Below the pieces are notes generated by a model that saw nothing but the letters and a program-made list of their open reading frames with translations, was not told the origin of the DNA and searched no databases. A program made the translations under genes and the position numbers. 18,186 nt of DNA from Deinococcales bacterium (GTDB lineage Bacteria > Deinococcota > Deinococci > Deinococcales > JAAFIG01): NCBI GenBank assembly GCA_031414595.1, contig JANNVX010000066.1, positions 1 through 18,186 of the forward strand, in the 5' to 3' direction. Positions within the stretch are counted from its first letter, which is position 1. Every line of letters starts with the position of its first letter. Of this stretch, positions 7,588-17,600 are shown piece by piece.

Positions 7588-9555
7588 ATGGCAATTGCAG
7601 ATATGTCCGAAATCCTGATTCTCGGACGCAAACGAGATAACCTCGAAGTGATTCGAGCGCTGCAAGACGCAGCCGTAGTACAAATTGACCCTTTGGAAGA
7701 CAGTGAAATCCCCAAAGGGGTTTTAGTTGGGGCAGATGCAACCCGTAAAGCCAGTTTAGAACGGATGTTGGCTCGAGCCGAATCTGCTCTGGCAGCTTTA
7801 GGCGCATCAAACGCCACACCAGACTTTGATAAGTTGCGTGGGGTCAATCTCGAGTCGTTGCTTGAAGAAGTGGGAAGCCGTTCTGATGTCTTGGCGCTCG
7901 AGAAATCCGAGTTGTCCCAAGAACTATCAGCCATTGGTAGTTTTCAAAGCGTGGCACGTACTTTGGGCGAATTGGCGGGTGGCTTAGGCAAAAGTGGTCG
8001 TTTGACGGCAATTGGTTTTACCTTGTCCGACAAAAAAGAAGAAGATAAGTTGCGCTCTGCGCTGCTTGAGACTGGAATAGACTTTGAACTTGGTCATCAT
8101 CCAGTTGCAAAAACCTCGGCGGCGTTGTTGGCAGTGCGTTCTAAAGACGCGGCTGTGGCTCGTAGTGTAGTCTCGAGGGTTGGACTTGCCGAGCTTCGTT
8201 TTCCCGGGCGTTTCGAGGGCTTAAATTACTCAGATGCGGCTGCTTTAATGGAGCAACGCGCCAAAACCTCGCCTGAAGAAATGCAGGGTATTTTGCAAAG
8301 CATTGAATCGCTTAGTGCCAAGCACGCCAGTACCTTGGCGGCGGCTCGAGTTGAACTCAAAGACGAATTAGCCCGTTTTGAAGCAGTAAGTTCGAGTGTG
8401 GCTGGCAAATACGGTTTCGCGCTTCGTGGTTGGATTCCAAAAGCCAATCATGCCCAACTCGAGCAGGCATTGACCCCACTTAAAGGTCAAGTCATTTATC
8501 AATTCTCGGATGCGCCGCACCATCATGCCGACCATGTGCCAGTCAAATTGGTCAACAACAGTTTTGTCAAGCCATTTGAAATGCTGATTGGTATTTTGCC
8601 ACTTCCAGCCTACGGCACATTCGACCCAACTTGGGTTTTGGCGCTGTGCTTCCCACTGTTTTTTGGTTGGATTATCGGTGATGTTGGCTTAGGTGCTATT
8701 TCTGTGGCATTATCGTTTTGGTTGGCTGGTCAAGCCAAAGCGGGTAAAACCATCAGCATTGATTTATTTGGGGCTAAACTCTCACCGCCAGTCCTCGAGA
8801 ATCTTTCGCATGTACTGCGTTGGATGGGTATTTCGAGCATTATTTTTGGTGTGGTTTTCGGAGAATTATTCGGCACACTCGGCGAGCATCTGGGGATTTT
8901 TAAGTTTGCTGGCGAAGAACACAGTGCGCTGTTTACTTCGCCGCTTCACCGTGTTTCCTCGAGTGCCACTGCGATTATGCTCTTGATTTCTTTGATTCCA
9001 GGTGTGATTCAAGTGCTTGGCGGTTGGTTACTCAGGGCAAAACTTGGATATCAACACAAGGATATGCCGCATTTTTACGAAGGTATTGGAATGTTCTTGG
9101 GCGTGGTTGCAATGTTGCCTTGGGTCGGTCAATTTGCCTTGGGTTGGACTTTCCCAAGTTGGGTTTTCCCGGTTCAAATGGGTCTACTGGCAGTTTTAGT
9201 GCTGTTTGGAGTTCTCTCGAAAAAACTGATGTTTATGGTTCTCGAGTTACCAACCAATTTCGGCAACGTACTGTCTTACTTACGGCTTTACGCTGTGGGT
9301 CTGTCTGGCGCGGTGTTGGCAAACCTTGCCACCGATACCGGCTGGGCATTGGGCAATCAAATCGGTAGTGTACCGGGGGTTATCCTTGGTGTGATTGCCG
9401 CCAGTATTGTGCATTTACTGTTTATTGCCTTTACGATTATTGGTCACGTGCTTACCCCACTTCGTTTACATTACGTTGAATTCTTTACCAAGTTCGGATA
9501 CTACGACCACAACGGTCGCGCTTACCGCCCTCTCGCCAAACTTAGCGGCAAATAA
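7588..9555 (+). CDS. atpI: V/A-type ATP synthase subunit I (a)
   Basis: RBS AAGGAG. Soluble N-half; membrane C-half with DPT, FFGWIIGDVG, NVLSYLRLYAVGL and RLHYVEFFTKF. Confidence 0.95.
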   Translation: MAIADMSEILILGRKRDNLEVIRALQDAAVVQIDPLEDSEIPKGVLVGADATRKASLERMLARAESALAALGASNATPDFDKLRGVNLESLLEEVGSRSDVLALEKSELSQELSAIGSFQSVARTLGELAGGLGKSGRLTAIGFTLSDKKEEDKLRSALLETGIDFELGHHPVAKTSAALLAVRSKDAAVARSVVSRVGLAELRFPGRFEGLNYSDAAALMEQRAKTSPEEMQGILQSIESLSAKHASTLAAARVELKDELARFEAVSSSVAGKYGFALRGWIPKANHAQLEQALTPLKGQVIYQFSDAPHHHADHVPVKLVNNSFVKPFEMLIGILPLPAYGTFDPTWVLALCFPLFFGWIIGDVGLGAISVALSFWLAGQAKAGKTISIDLFGAKLSPPVLENLSHVLRWMGISSIIFGVVFGELFGTLGEHLGIFKFAGEEHSALFTSPLHRVSSSATAIMLLISLIPGVIQVLGGWLLRAKLGYQHKDMPHFYEGIGMFLGVVAMLPWVGQFALGWTFPSWVFPVQMGLLAVLVLFGVLSKKLMFMVLELPTNFGNVLSYLRLYAVGLSGAVLANLATDTGWALGNQIGSVPGVILGVIAASIVHLLFIAFTIIGHVLTPLRLHYVEFFTKFGYYDHNGRAYRPLAKLSGK

Positions 9556-9585
9556 ATGTCGCAAAATAATTTCGGAGGAAACACC

Positions 9586-9897
9586 ATGAAGAAATATGTT
9601 CGTTACGCCCTGCCCGTCCTCGCTATCGCCCTTCTCTCGAGCCTCGGTCTTGCCGAAGGTGAAGTCGTCGCTGGTTTAAGCGACGGTAACGGCTTAGCCG
9701 CCATTGGTGCTGGCTTGGCACTCGGTTTGGCTGGGGTTGGGGCTGGTATCGGTCTGGGTCAAATTGGTGCGGCAGCCGCCGGTGCAGTTGCCGAAAAACC
9801 AAGTATGTTCGGTCAAATGATTGTTTACTTGGCGCTCCCAGAATCCATCGTTATTTTCGGATTTTTGATTGCCAATACACTTGCCGGTAAGGTCTAA
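9586..9897 (+). CDS. atpK: V/A-type ATP synthase proteolipid subunit K (L/c) with an N-terminal signal-like peptide
   Basis: RBS GGAGG; Gly-rich helix GAGLALGLAGVGAGIG; conserved Glu in ALPESIVIFG. Confidence 0.93.
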   Translation: MKKYVRYALPVLAIALLSSLGLAEGEVVAGLSDGNGLAAIGAGLALGLAGVGAGIGLGQIGAAAAGAVAEKPSMFGQMIVYLALPESIVIFGFLIANTLAGKV

Positions 9898-9898
9898 T

Positions 9899-10468
9899 AT
9901 GGCAGACCTTGCCAAACTGCTCGAAAGCGAAGCCAGTGCCGAAATCGAAACGATTTTGGCAGAAGCTCGCAGTCGTGCTGATGGCATCGTGAAACAGGCA
10001 GAAGAGCAAGCGAAAAGCATTCTCGAGGGTAAGCGTCGTGCGCTCGAGAATGAACTGTCCGCCGCGAGGGTACGTGCCAAAAGCGCGTCTGACCTCGAGG
10101 GTTCAGCGCTGAAGCTCGGAGCGAGCCACGGTGCAAGTCAGCAAGCCTTTGTCAGTGCCGAATCGGAATTGCGTAATTTTACAAAATCTGCCGAGTACGG
10201 CAATGTTCTCGAGAAACTCATCCGCGAAGCCGCAATTGCGCTTGGTGGTTTATCAAAACTCGAGGTGCATTCAAGCGACCTTGAAATTGCCAAAAAAGCT
10301 GTTACGGCGGCTGGCTTAAACATCGAAGTTCATGCCAATAATGCGATTGAGACCGGTGTTCGCGGTGTTGGACTTAGTGGTTCGAGCAGTGTCACCAATA
10401 CGCTTTTAGGTCGTTTAGCCAGAGCCAAAGACGGTTTGTTGTCCGATGTCGCAAAGGTCTTAGGGTAA
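9899..10468 (+). CDS. atpE: V/A-type ATP synthase subunit E
   Basis: N-terminal coiled coil (LAKLLESEASAEIETILAEA), C-terminal VTNTLLGRL, and operon position. Confidence 0.9.
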   Translation: MADLAKLLESEASAEIETILAEARSRADGIVKQAEEQAKSILEGKRRALENELSAARVRAKSASDLEGSALKLGASHGASQQAFVSAESELRNFTKSAEYGNVLEKLIREAAIALGGLSKLEVHSSDLEIAKKAVTAAGLNIEVHANNAIETGVRGVGLSGSSSVTNTLLGRLARAKDGLLSDVAKVLG

Positions 10469-10473
10469 TTCTT

Positions 10474-11472
10474 ATGCCAGATGATTATGGTTATATCAAT
10501 GCTCGAGTGCGGGTGATGCACTCTGGATTGGTGACCAAGAAACTCGATGAAGCGATTAACGCCGCTTCGTATTCTGAGTTTTTAAGAATCCTGTCCGAGA
10601 CCAGCATGAGTGCCGATTTAGGTGATGCCACCGCCAGTGGTGCGGGTTTAGTGCAACTCGATGCAGCACTTTCCAGAAACTTTTTTAATACCGCCCAAAA
10701 AATTGTCGGTATGGGAACGGGTTCGGCAGGTAAAGACATTGCGCTGCTGTTTGCCCGTTACGACTTACTGAACTTAAAAGCTGTGGCTCGAGGAAAAATC
10801 GGTGGGCGCAGTCCCGATGAAATTATGGCGAATTTAACCCCAGCCGGTAGCCTCAAACCTGTGGTGCTACAAGCCTTAGCCAGTGCTTCTGATATTGGCA
10901 ACTTGGCGGGAGTGGCTGGAGTCAATGCTTCACCGCTTGCCAGTGCTTTTAGAAAAGCCGCCCAAGTTTTAACCGCCGATAACAACCTGCTCGAGTACGA
11001 GGTTGCCCTTGATCAAGCCTATTACAGCGCCGCCATCAAAGGCGCAGACTCGGGTGTCCTAAAAGATTATTTGCGCCGTGAAGTAGATGGGGCAAATTTG
11101 CTGACCGCCATGAAATTAAAAGCCTCGGGTGTCAGTGCCAATTCTGATTTGTATTTTGTTAAAGGTGGCAAAGAAGTGGGTCAGGCGCGTTTTGACCAAA
11201 TTGTGTCTGGTAATGGCGGACTCGAGGGCTTAACAGCTTTTGCAAGGGTCTCTGAGACCACCGACTTAGGACAAGCCGAAAATGCTGTTCGCAGTGTCAT
11301 GCTCGAGAATGCTAAAAAAGCCTATACAGGCGATGCGCTCGGCATTGGCGTGGTGATTGGTTTTTTGAAAGAAAAAGAACAAGAAGTTGCACTGGCGCGT
11401 TTAATTGCTAGGGCTAAGTTCTACAATGTCCCCACCGAAGTGATTAAGAAGGAGGTCGGACGTGGCACTTAA
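10474..11472 (+). CDS. atpC: V/A-type ATP synthase subunit C (d)
   Basis: Motifs DDYGYINARVR, YDLLNLK, EVDGANL and KEQEVALARLI. Confidence 0.92.
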   Translation: MPDDYGYINARVRVMHSGLVTKKLDEAINAASYSEFLRILSETSMSADLGDATASGAGLVQLDAALSRNFFNTAQKIVGMGTGSAGKDIALLFARYDLLNLKAVARGKIGGRSPDEIMANLTPAGSLKPVVLQALASASDIGNLAGVAGVNASPLASAFRKAAQVLTADNNLLEYEVALDQAYYSAAIKGADSGVLKDYLRREVDGANLLTAMKLKASGVSANSDLYFVKGGKEVGQARFDQIVSGNGGLEGLTAFARVSETTDLGQAENAVRSVMLENAKKAYTGDALGIGVVIGFLKEKEQEVALARLIARAKFYNVPTEVIKKEVGRGT

Positions 11473-11788
11473 ACTCGCAGTTTTAACCGATGGCGAAACC
11501 GCCACGGGCTTTCGTCTGGCTGGCGTGGATGTTTTAGAAGCCACCAAAGAAACCGCTATTAAAACCTTAGAAGCTGCCATTCAAAGTAACTCCTTTGGTT
11601 TAATCGCGGTGGATGAATCGGTCATCGCCGACCCAGCCAAGTCACTCGAGCGCCAAATGCGCGGACGGCAATTGCCAGTATTGTTGCCGATTCCAAGCCT
11701 GACCGCCGCTTTTTCTGACAGCGTAGACGCAAAAGCCTATATGCGAGAATTGGTTCGCAGCACCATCGGATTTGAAATAAAGCTGTAA
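11462..11788 (+). CDS. atpF: V/A-type ATP synthase subunit F
   Basis: GTG start after AAGGAGG; DGETATGFRLAGV and C-terminal VRSTIGFEIKL. Confidence 0.93.
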   Translation: MALKLAVLTDGETATGFRLAGVDVLEATKETAIKTLEAAIQSNSFGLIAVDESVIADPAKSLERQMRGRQLPVLLPIPSLTAAFSDSVDAKAYMRELVRSTIGFEIKL

Positions 11789-11937
11789 AGCTCCTAGCGA
11801 CTAGCTGCTAGTTATTAGCTTAAAAGCAAGTATCGTGTCATCAACAAGTCAAAACGTTTTGAAAAAAGAAAAAACTCGGGGACACTCGAGTCTGGAAACA
11901 ACAAAAGCGAGAAGCTAGAAGCTAGAAACTAGCAGCT
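11789..11937. repeat. Inverted arrays of degenerate tandem heptamers (consensus about AGCTNCT) in the atpF-atpA spacer
   Basis: Left arm AGCTCCT AGCGACT AGCTGCT AGTTATT AGCTT (11789-11821). Right arm reverse complement AGCTGCT AGTTTCT AGCTTCT AGCTTCT CGCT (11937-11906). Confidence 0.7.
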
Positions 11938-11956
11938 TTTTTTACCGGAGGTAAAC

Positions 11957-13693
11957 GTGGCAGGTAAAATTAAGAAAATTGCCGGTCCAGCCGTGATCGT
12001 CGAGGACTTAGAAGGCGCGAAAATGAACGATATTGTTCGCGTTGGAAAAGAGCAACTCGTCGGCGAAATTATTCGTCTGGACGGTAAGGAATGCTTCGTG
12101 CAAGTCTACGAAGACACAAACGGTTTATGTGTGGGCGAAACAGTCATCACCACCAATTTGCCGCTCGCGGTAGAACTTGGTCCGGGGATGCTCAATGGGG
12201 TATTTGACGGAATTCAGCGTCCTTTGGACAAAATCCGTGAGGCTTCTGGCGACTTTATTGCCCGTGGTGTAAACGTAAAATCGCTCTCGAGAACCCAAAA
12301 ATGGGCTTTTACCCCGACTTCTAAAGTTGGCGATAAAGTGCTTGGCGGCTCGAGCATTGGTAGTGTTCCAGAATTTAGCTTTGTCCACAAAATTCTTGTG
12401 CCACCCAATATTTCTGGCACAATCAAAAGCATCGTTGGGGCTGGCGAGTACACCTTAGATGATGTCATGGCAGTTCTCGAGGATGGAACTGAGCTTCGTA
12501 TGTACCACACTTGGGCAGTGCGTCGTCCGCGTCCTGTCACCAAAAAACTCGAGCCTAACCTACCGTTCTTGACTGGAATGCGAATTTTGGATGTCCTTTG
12601 TCCATTAACCGCAGGTGGTACAGCCGCGATTCCGGGTCCGTTCGGGGCAGGTAAAACCGTGACCCAACAAAGCGTCGCCAAATACGGTAACGCCGATGTC
12701 GTGGTTTATGTTGGTTGCGGCGAGCGCGGCAACGAAATGACTGACGTGCTGGTCGAGTTCCCAGAACTCGAAGACCCAAAGACTGGTAAGCCGTTAATGC
12801 AGCGCACGTTGTTGCTCGCCAACACTTCCAATATGCCAGTGGCAGCCCGTGAAGCCAGTTTGTACTGCGGTATTACTTTGGCAGAATATTTCCGTGACCA
12901 AGGTTACGCCGTTTCGATGATGGCAGACAGCACCAGCCGTTGGGCAGAAGCGCTGCGTGAAATCGCCAGCCGTTTGCAAGAAATGCCCGCCGAAGAAGGC
13001 TACCCGCCGTACCTTGCCTCGCGCCTTAGCGCTTTCTATGAACGCGCTGGACGGGTCACAACGCTGGCTGGCGACACTGGTAGCGTTTCGGTGATTGGTG
13101 CGGTCTCCCCTGCTGGTGGCGACTTCTCCGAGCCTGTCACCCAAGCCACTTTGCGTATCACTGGTGCATTCTGGGCGCTTGACGCGAGTTTAAGCCGCGC
13201 TCGTCACTTCCCAGCGATTAACTGGGCGCAGAGCTACAGCTTATTCAACCGTATCTTAGAGCCTTGGTACAGAGAAAACATTGCTAAAGACTATCCAGAA
13301 AAGCGTATTGCCCTGATTAACTTATTGCAAAAAGAAGCCGCACTCCAAGAAGTGGTGCAGTTGGTTGGTCCAGACGCACTCGCCGACAACGAACGCCTGA
13401 GTCTCGAGGTTGGACGGATTGTGCGCGAGGATTTCTTACAACAAAACGGCTACGACAAAGTAGATGCAAGTTGCAGTATGCAAAAAGCCTACGGCATGAT
13501 GAACATGATGCTCGAGTTGTACAAAGCTGGCGACGCAATGCTAAGTAAGGGCGGCGCAATCACCGATTTCTTAGACGATGCCGCCACCATCGAAAAAGTT
13601 GGACGCGCTCGTTTTGTACCCGAAGACGAATTCCCAGCTTACCAAGCCGAGTACATGAAAATGCTCGAGACCTCGTTCCGCGCCAAAGCCTAA
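11957..13693 (+). CDS. atpA: V/A-type ATP synthase catalytic subunit A
   Basis: GTG start after GGAGG; Walker [39 protein letters not shown] and HFPAINW. No intein evident (578 aa). Confidence 0.97.
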   Translation: MAGKIKKIAGPAVIVEDLEGAKMNDIVRVGKEQLVGEIIRLDGKECFVQVYEDTNGLCVGETVITTNLPLAVELGPGMLNGVFDGIQRPLDKIREASGDFIARGVNVKSLSRTQKWAFTPTSKVGDKVLGGSSIGSVPEFSFVHKILVPPNISGTIKSIVGAGEYTLDDVMAVLEDGTELRMYHTWAVRRPRPVTKKLEPNLPFLTGMRILDVLCPLTAGGTAAIPGPFGAGKTVTQQSVAKYGNADVVVYVGCGERGNEMTDVLVEFPELEDPKTGKPLMQRTLLLANTSNMPVAAREASLYCGITLAEYFRDQGYAVSMMADSTSRWAEALREIASRLQEMPAEEGYPPYLASRLSAFYERAGRVTTLAGDTGSVSVIGAVSPAGGDFSEPVTQATLRITGAFWALDASLSRARHFPAINWAQSYSLFNRILEPWYRENIAKDYPEKRIALINLLQKEAALQEVVQLVGPDALADNERLSLEVGRIVREDFLQQNGYDKVDASCSMQKAYGMMNMMLELYKAGDAMLSKGGAITDFLDDAATIEKVGRARFVPEDEFPAYQAEYMKMLETSFRAKA

Positions 13694-13705
13694 AGGAGGT
13701 GAATC

Positions 13706-15109
13706 ATGAGCTTATTAACCAAAGAATACACCGAAGTTGAATACGTTTCAGGTCCACTTTTGTTCTTGAAAAGTGCCTCTGATTTGCCTTACGGCGCTAT
13801 TGTAGATATTACCGATGGCGTTAAGCGCGTTCGTGGTGGACAAGTCATCGAAGTTTCCGACGAATATACTGTGCTTCAAGTCTTCGAGGAAACCTCGGGC
13901 TTAGACCTTGCGACCACCACCGTTTCGTTAGTCGAAGATGTCGCCCGACTTGGCGTAAGTAAAGAAATGATTGGTCGTCGCTTCAACGGAATCGGCAAAC
14001 CAATTGACGGACTGCCACCCGTGGTTGCCGAAAAACGCCTGCCAATTAACGGCAGCGCCATTAACCCAGTCTCTCGAGAAAAACCAGAAGAATTTATTCA
14101 GACCGGTATCTCGAGCATTGATGTGAATATTTCCTTGGTGCGCGGACAGAAACTGCCGATTTTCTCGGCTTCTGGTCTGCCACACAACGAACTAGCCTTG
14201 CAAATTGCCCGTCAAGCCAAAGTGTTAGGCGAAGGCGAAGGTTTCGCCGTGGTCTTTGCTGCCATGGGTATTACTCAACGCGAAGCCAGCCAATTCGTAT
14301 CGGGATTCGAGCAAACTGGCGCACTTGCCCGTTCGGTGCTGTTCTTGAACCAAGCCGACGACCCAACTGTAGAACGCCTTCTGACCCCACGTATGGCATT
14401 AACTGCCGCCGAGTATTTGGCATTCGAGCATGGCTACCACGTACTGGTAATCCTGACCGATTTAACAAATTACTGCGAAGCGCTGCGTGAAATCGGTGGC
14501 GCTCGAGAAGAAATCCCTGGACGACGTGGCTACCCCGGTTACATGTACACCGACTTGGCTTCGCTTTACGAACGCGCTGGTGTAATCCACGGTAAACCCG
14601 GTTCGGTCACACAAATTCCGATTCTTTCGATGCCCGGCGACGACATCACTCACCCGATTCCAGACTTGACTGGTTATATCACCGAAGGGCAGATTTACGT
14701 GGCTCGTAACCTTGATAGCGCTGGTATTTACCCACCTATTAACGTTCAACCAAGCCTAAGCCGCCTCATGAACAATGGTATTGGTAAGGGCAAGACTCGA
14801 GCCGACCACAAAGAAGTCGCCGACCAACTCTTTGCTTCTTATGCCCGTGGGATGGACTTACGCCGCTTAGTTGCCATTACTGGTGAAGATGCCTTGACTG
14901 ATAACGACAAAAAGTACCTGCGTTTTGCCGATGGCTTTGAAAAAACCTTCATCAACCAAGGACAAGCCAACCGTTCAATTGAAGACAGCCTGAACATTGC
15001 ATGGGCATTGTTGTCCGAATTCCCGAAGAGCGAACTCAAACGCATCCGCAAGGAATTTATCGAAACGAACTACGGAACGCAGAAACTTTCAGAGCTTGTC
15101 ACCGCTTAA
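13706..15109 (+). CDS. atpB: V/A-type ATP synthase subunit B
   Basis: [33 protein letters not shown] and [16 protein letters not shown]. Confidence 0.97.
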   Translation: MSLLTKEYTEVEYVSGPLLFLKSASDLPYGAIVDITDGVKRVRGGQVIEVSDEYTVLQVFEETSGLDLATTTVSLVEDVARLGVSKEMIGRRFNGIGKPIDGLPPVVAEKRLPINGSAINPVSREKPEEFIQTGISSIDVNISLVRGQKLPIFSASGLPHNELALQIARQAKVLGEGEGFAVVFAAMGITQREASQFVSGFEQTGALARSVLFLNQADDPTVERLLTPRMALTAAEYLAFEHGYHVLVILTDLTNYCEALREIGGAREEIPGRRGYPGYMYTDLASLYERAGVIHGKPGSVTQIPILSMPGDDITHPIPDLTGYITEGQIYVARNLDSAGIYPPINVQPSLSRLMNNGIGKGKTRADHKEVADQLFASYARGMDLRRLVAITGEDALTDNDKKYLRFADGFEKTFINQGQANRSIEDSLNIAWALLSEFPKSELKRIRKEFIETNYGTQKLSELVTA

Positions 15110-15112
15110 AGC

Positions 15113-15138
15113 AGGGCGAACATAAAGTTCGCCCCTAC
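15113..15138 (-). repeat. GTAG-type REP palindrome, copy 3, between atpB and atpD
   Basis: Stem GGGCGAAC (15114-15121) with GTTCGCCC (15127-15134), followed by CTAC. Same family as the copies at 7-82. Confidence 0.75.
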
Positions 15139-15164
15139 AAAAACCTCTTTAAGGAGGTGAACAT

Positions 15165-15839
15165 ATGGCAGAACAAATCAGTCCAACCCGCTCGAACTTA
15201 CTGGCTCGGCGTGGCTCGAGACGACTGGCAGTTCAAGGGGCTGACCTTCTTAAACGCAAACGTGACGCTTTGATTGGCGAGTTTTTTGCGCTGGTAAAAG
15301 AGTCTCTGGCGGCTCGAGAAATGCTTCAGCAGTCGAGTAAAGATGCTTACTTTGCGCTTTTTGTGGCGAAGGCTTGGGATTCACCCGAAGCTGTGGAATC
15401 TTTGGCGCTGGCTAAACCAAGTGGGTTAAATCTTGAGTTGGAAGTCGAAAGTATCTACGGGGTTAAAATTCCTAAAATACAACAACCTACTTTTAGTAAA
15501 GAATTGCCTTTCTCACCGATTGGGGCTGGGGCGCGGACGCTCGAGGCAGCCGCTCAGTTCCAGAATTTGGTCGAAGCAATTATTAAAGTTGCTGCTACAG
15601 AAAATAAATTGCGACGTATTGGTGAGGAAATCAAGAAAACCTCGAGACGTGTAAATGCGCTCGAGCAGATTGTGATTCCGAACATCCAAGGCGAGATTAA
15701 ATTTATTACCGATACGCTTGATCAACGCGGACTCGAGGAAGTGACCACACTCAAACGGATTAAAGCTAAAATTGACCTTGATAAAGCCACGGCTAAAGGG
15801 GTTATCAGTGCCGCCAATGAAATTGGTGCAGGACTTTAA
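15165..15839 (+). CDS. atpD: V/A-type ATP synthase subunit D
   Basis: RBS AAGGAGG; PTRSNL, LLKRKRDAL and EIKKTSRRVNALE. Confidence 0.96.
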   Translation: MAEQISPTRSNLLARRGSRRLAVQGADLLKRKRDALIGEFFALVKESLAAREMLQQSSKDAYFALFVAKAWDSPEAVESLALAKPSGLNLELEVESIYGVKIPKIQQPTFSKELPFSPIGAGARTLEAAAQFQNLVEAIIKVAATENKLRRIGEEIKKTSRRVNALEQIVIPNIQGEIKFITDTLDQRGLEEVTTLKRIKAKIDLDKATAKGVISAANEIGAGL

Positions 15840-15854
15840 GAACACAGTACATTT

Positions 15855-15894
15855 AATGCGCTCGAGCTTATGGCTTGGGCGCGTTTTTGTTTTT
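15855..15894 (+). terminator. Intrinsic terminator of the V-ATPase operon
   Basis: 13-bp stem AAUGCGCUCGAGC / GCUUGGGCGCGUU (three G-U pairs), 5-nt loop, then a U-rich tract; starts 15 nt after the atpD stop. Confidence 0.8.
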
Positions 15895-15912
15895 AGATGC
15901 TATGCTGTTCTT

Positions 15913-16080
15913 ATGTCCGAAGAAGTGGCAACTGAAAAAACAATTCAGGATGCTCAAGGAAAAATCGTTGAACGCAATGGAGTGTTTGTTTGGACTGGAA
16001 ATTTACCCGACTTCGACGGTGTTGATTTAATTGAAAAAATCCGTGAGGAACGAATTGATTCAATTCTCGAGAATATCTAA
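15913..16080 (+). CDS. Small hypothetical protein (55 aa) resembling the C-terminal part of AbrB/MazE-type antitoxins
   Basis: Extended -10 TGcTATGCT 6 nt before ATG 15913 (leaderless); sequence VERNGVFVWTG...DLIEKIREERI. Family assignment is from recall only. Confidence 0.5.
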   Translation: MSEEVATEKTIQDAQGKIVERNGVFVWTGNLPDFDGVDLIEKIREERIDSILENI

Positions 16081-16114
16081 AAGTGGCTACTCGAGATTAC
16101 AGGGTTTTAGATTT

Positions 16115-16318
16115 TTGAAACACAACTACAAAAAATTACTCATCGAAAGTCTTAAGGAAGCTGCTCTGATACGAGCAGGAGCAAAAGCGGCTCGAGAAAC
16201 TACGATATTTGAATTGACTGATGTTCAGAAACTCGAGATTGATAAGCGAATCGCCGCATATGAAGCAAACCCAAGTAGTGGTCGTCTTTGAACAGAGGCT
16301 CGAGAGCGATTGATGAGA
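16115..16318 (+). pseudogene. Addiction-module antitoxin component (TIGR02574-like) with a premature stop; ends approximate
   Basis: ELTDVQKLEIDKRIAAYEANPSSGRL*TEARERL matches the family pattern LTxxQxxELDxRxxxYxxNPxxGxxWEExxxRL, with TGA (16289-16291) at the conserved Trp. Confidence 0.6.
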
Positions 16319-16400
16319 TGTTGCAACAAAGGCACAGGCTCGAACAGAAGAAAGATGGGCAAAGCCCCTCCTACACACTAAGATTTTAACAAAAAGTAAA

Positions 16401-17393
16401 ATGAAAAAAAATTACGATTACGAAAAAATCCGCCAAATGAGCCTACAAGGTCCCCGTGTGACGACCTTATGGCAGCATTTTGAAGAAATTGCCGAAGGAA
16501 ACATCCAAAAAGTAGATGTCCCGCTAATGGTTGCGCCAGAATTTTTGAGGCGCGATGTGGAAACTGCAGCCTACTTTGAGCTTTTAAAGTCAAATATTAC
16601 GACTTTTGGGAAACATTTTAGCGGCAGCATACCCCTTGCTCTTGAAGAAGCCTGTCGCATGGGTTTAGCAGTTTGTCGTTATGCCGAACAACGAGTTACA
16701 AAAGATAATCCGTTTTTTGCCTATTACGAAACAAGTTCTACGGGTAAGGACGGAAGAACAATAGCAGAATATACAAATGGACTTGTCAGAACCTTGACAG
16801 ACTCGCCCAGTAAAGTCAATGAACGAAATTTTTATGCCGCTTTGCGGAATGAATTTTCCAAATTTCATTTAGGTCCCTTCGTTGACATCACACCCGAACT
16901 CTTAGCCACGTATCCCAATTGGGACTACTTCAGAAACGGGTTCGACATGATACATGAGAGTACAACTTTTCAATTCTATGGACCAGAACGAGAAGAACAA
17001 ATGGCGTATCTTATTCGGGTACTCAAACCAGACGGTATCATCGTTTTTGAAGAGAAATTCAATCACCCAGACCCCACAGAGTACCAACGACGCGAGCAAG
17101 TCAAAGACCAACTTCATAAGACAAAGTACTTTTCAGCCGAAGCTATTGGCTGGAAGAAATCGAATATGCTGGTAACAATGGAGAATGGGCAAGTGGCTTT
17201 AGACACTTTCTTCAAAGCGGCTAAAGCCCATTTTGCTTATGCCTATATTTCATGGAACAGTACCAATTTTTACCACATTGCTTGTTCCAAGAATTACGAA
17301 TCTCTACAACAATATATAACGTGTTTGGGTGAACCTTATATGCCTGCACCTTTTAAATGCGATGAAAACGTTCCTCGATTTATTGAACTGTAA
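16401..17393 (+). CDS. Class I SAM-dependent methyltransferase-like protein (330 aa)
   Basis: Motif II/III-like FDMIHESTTFQF and RVLKPDGIIVFEEK. The glycine-rich motif I is not clearly recognisable. Free of CTCGAG. Confidence 0.6.
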   Translation: MKKNYDYEKIRQMSLQGPRVTTLWQHFEEIAEGNIQKVDVPLMVAPEFLRRDVETAAYFELLKSNITTFGKHFSGSIPLALEEACRMGLAVCRYAEQRVTKDNPFFAYYETSSTGKDGRTIAEYTNGLVRTLTDSPSKVNERNFYAALRNEFSKFHLGPFVDITPELLATYPNWDYFRNGFDMIHESTTFQFYGPEREEQMAYLIRVLKPDGIIVFEEKFNHPDPTEYQRREQVKDQLHKTKYFSAEAIGWKKSNMLVTMENGQVALDTFFKAAKAHFAYAYISWNSTNFYHIACSKNYESLQQYITCLGEPYMPAPFKCDENVPRFIEL

Positions 17394-17414
17394 ATCCCCT
17401 CGGTATTAAGTTTT

Positions 17415-17600
17415 GTGCAAATATCAAGTACTTCCTCGAAGCAAAATGTACAAAACCTATTGCTGTTGCGTATAGCTGGAGCTTTGAATATCACACTTTC
17501 GGAACTGACTGTGCCCCCAAACCTTGAGGGAATTGAACAGACAATAAAGCAGTCTGGTACAAAACAAAAGCGCGTTCGGACATCAAAGCGGCGTATTTAA
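17415..17600 (+). pseudogene. Probable C-terminal fragment of an XRE-family HTH regulator
   Basis: LLRIAGALNITLSEL matches the final helices of XRE domains. No N-terminal HTH helices are seen. Confidence 0.45.

Noticed and set aside
9586-9897. Na+ specificity of the ATP synthase
   Set aside because: ES follows the conserved Pro, but the rest of the Na+ signature is not evident. The coupling ion cannot be called from sequence.
16401-17393. Methyltransferase as the enzyme responsible for the CTCGAG excess
   Set aside because: No DNA methyltransferase catalytic motifs, and the gene looks recently acquired.
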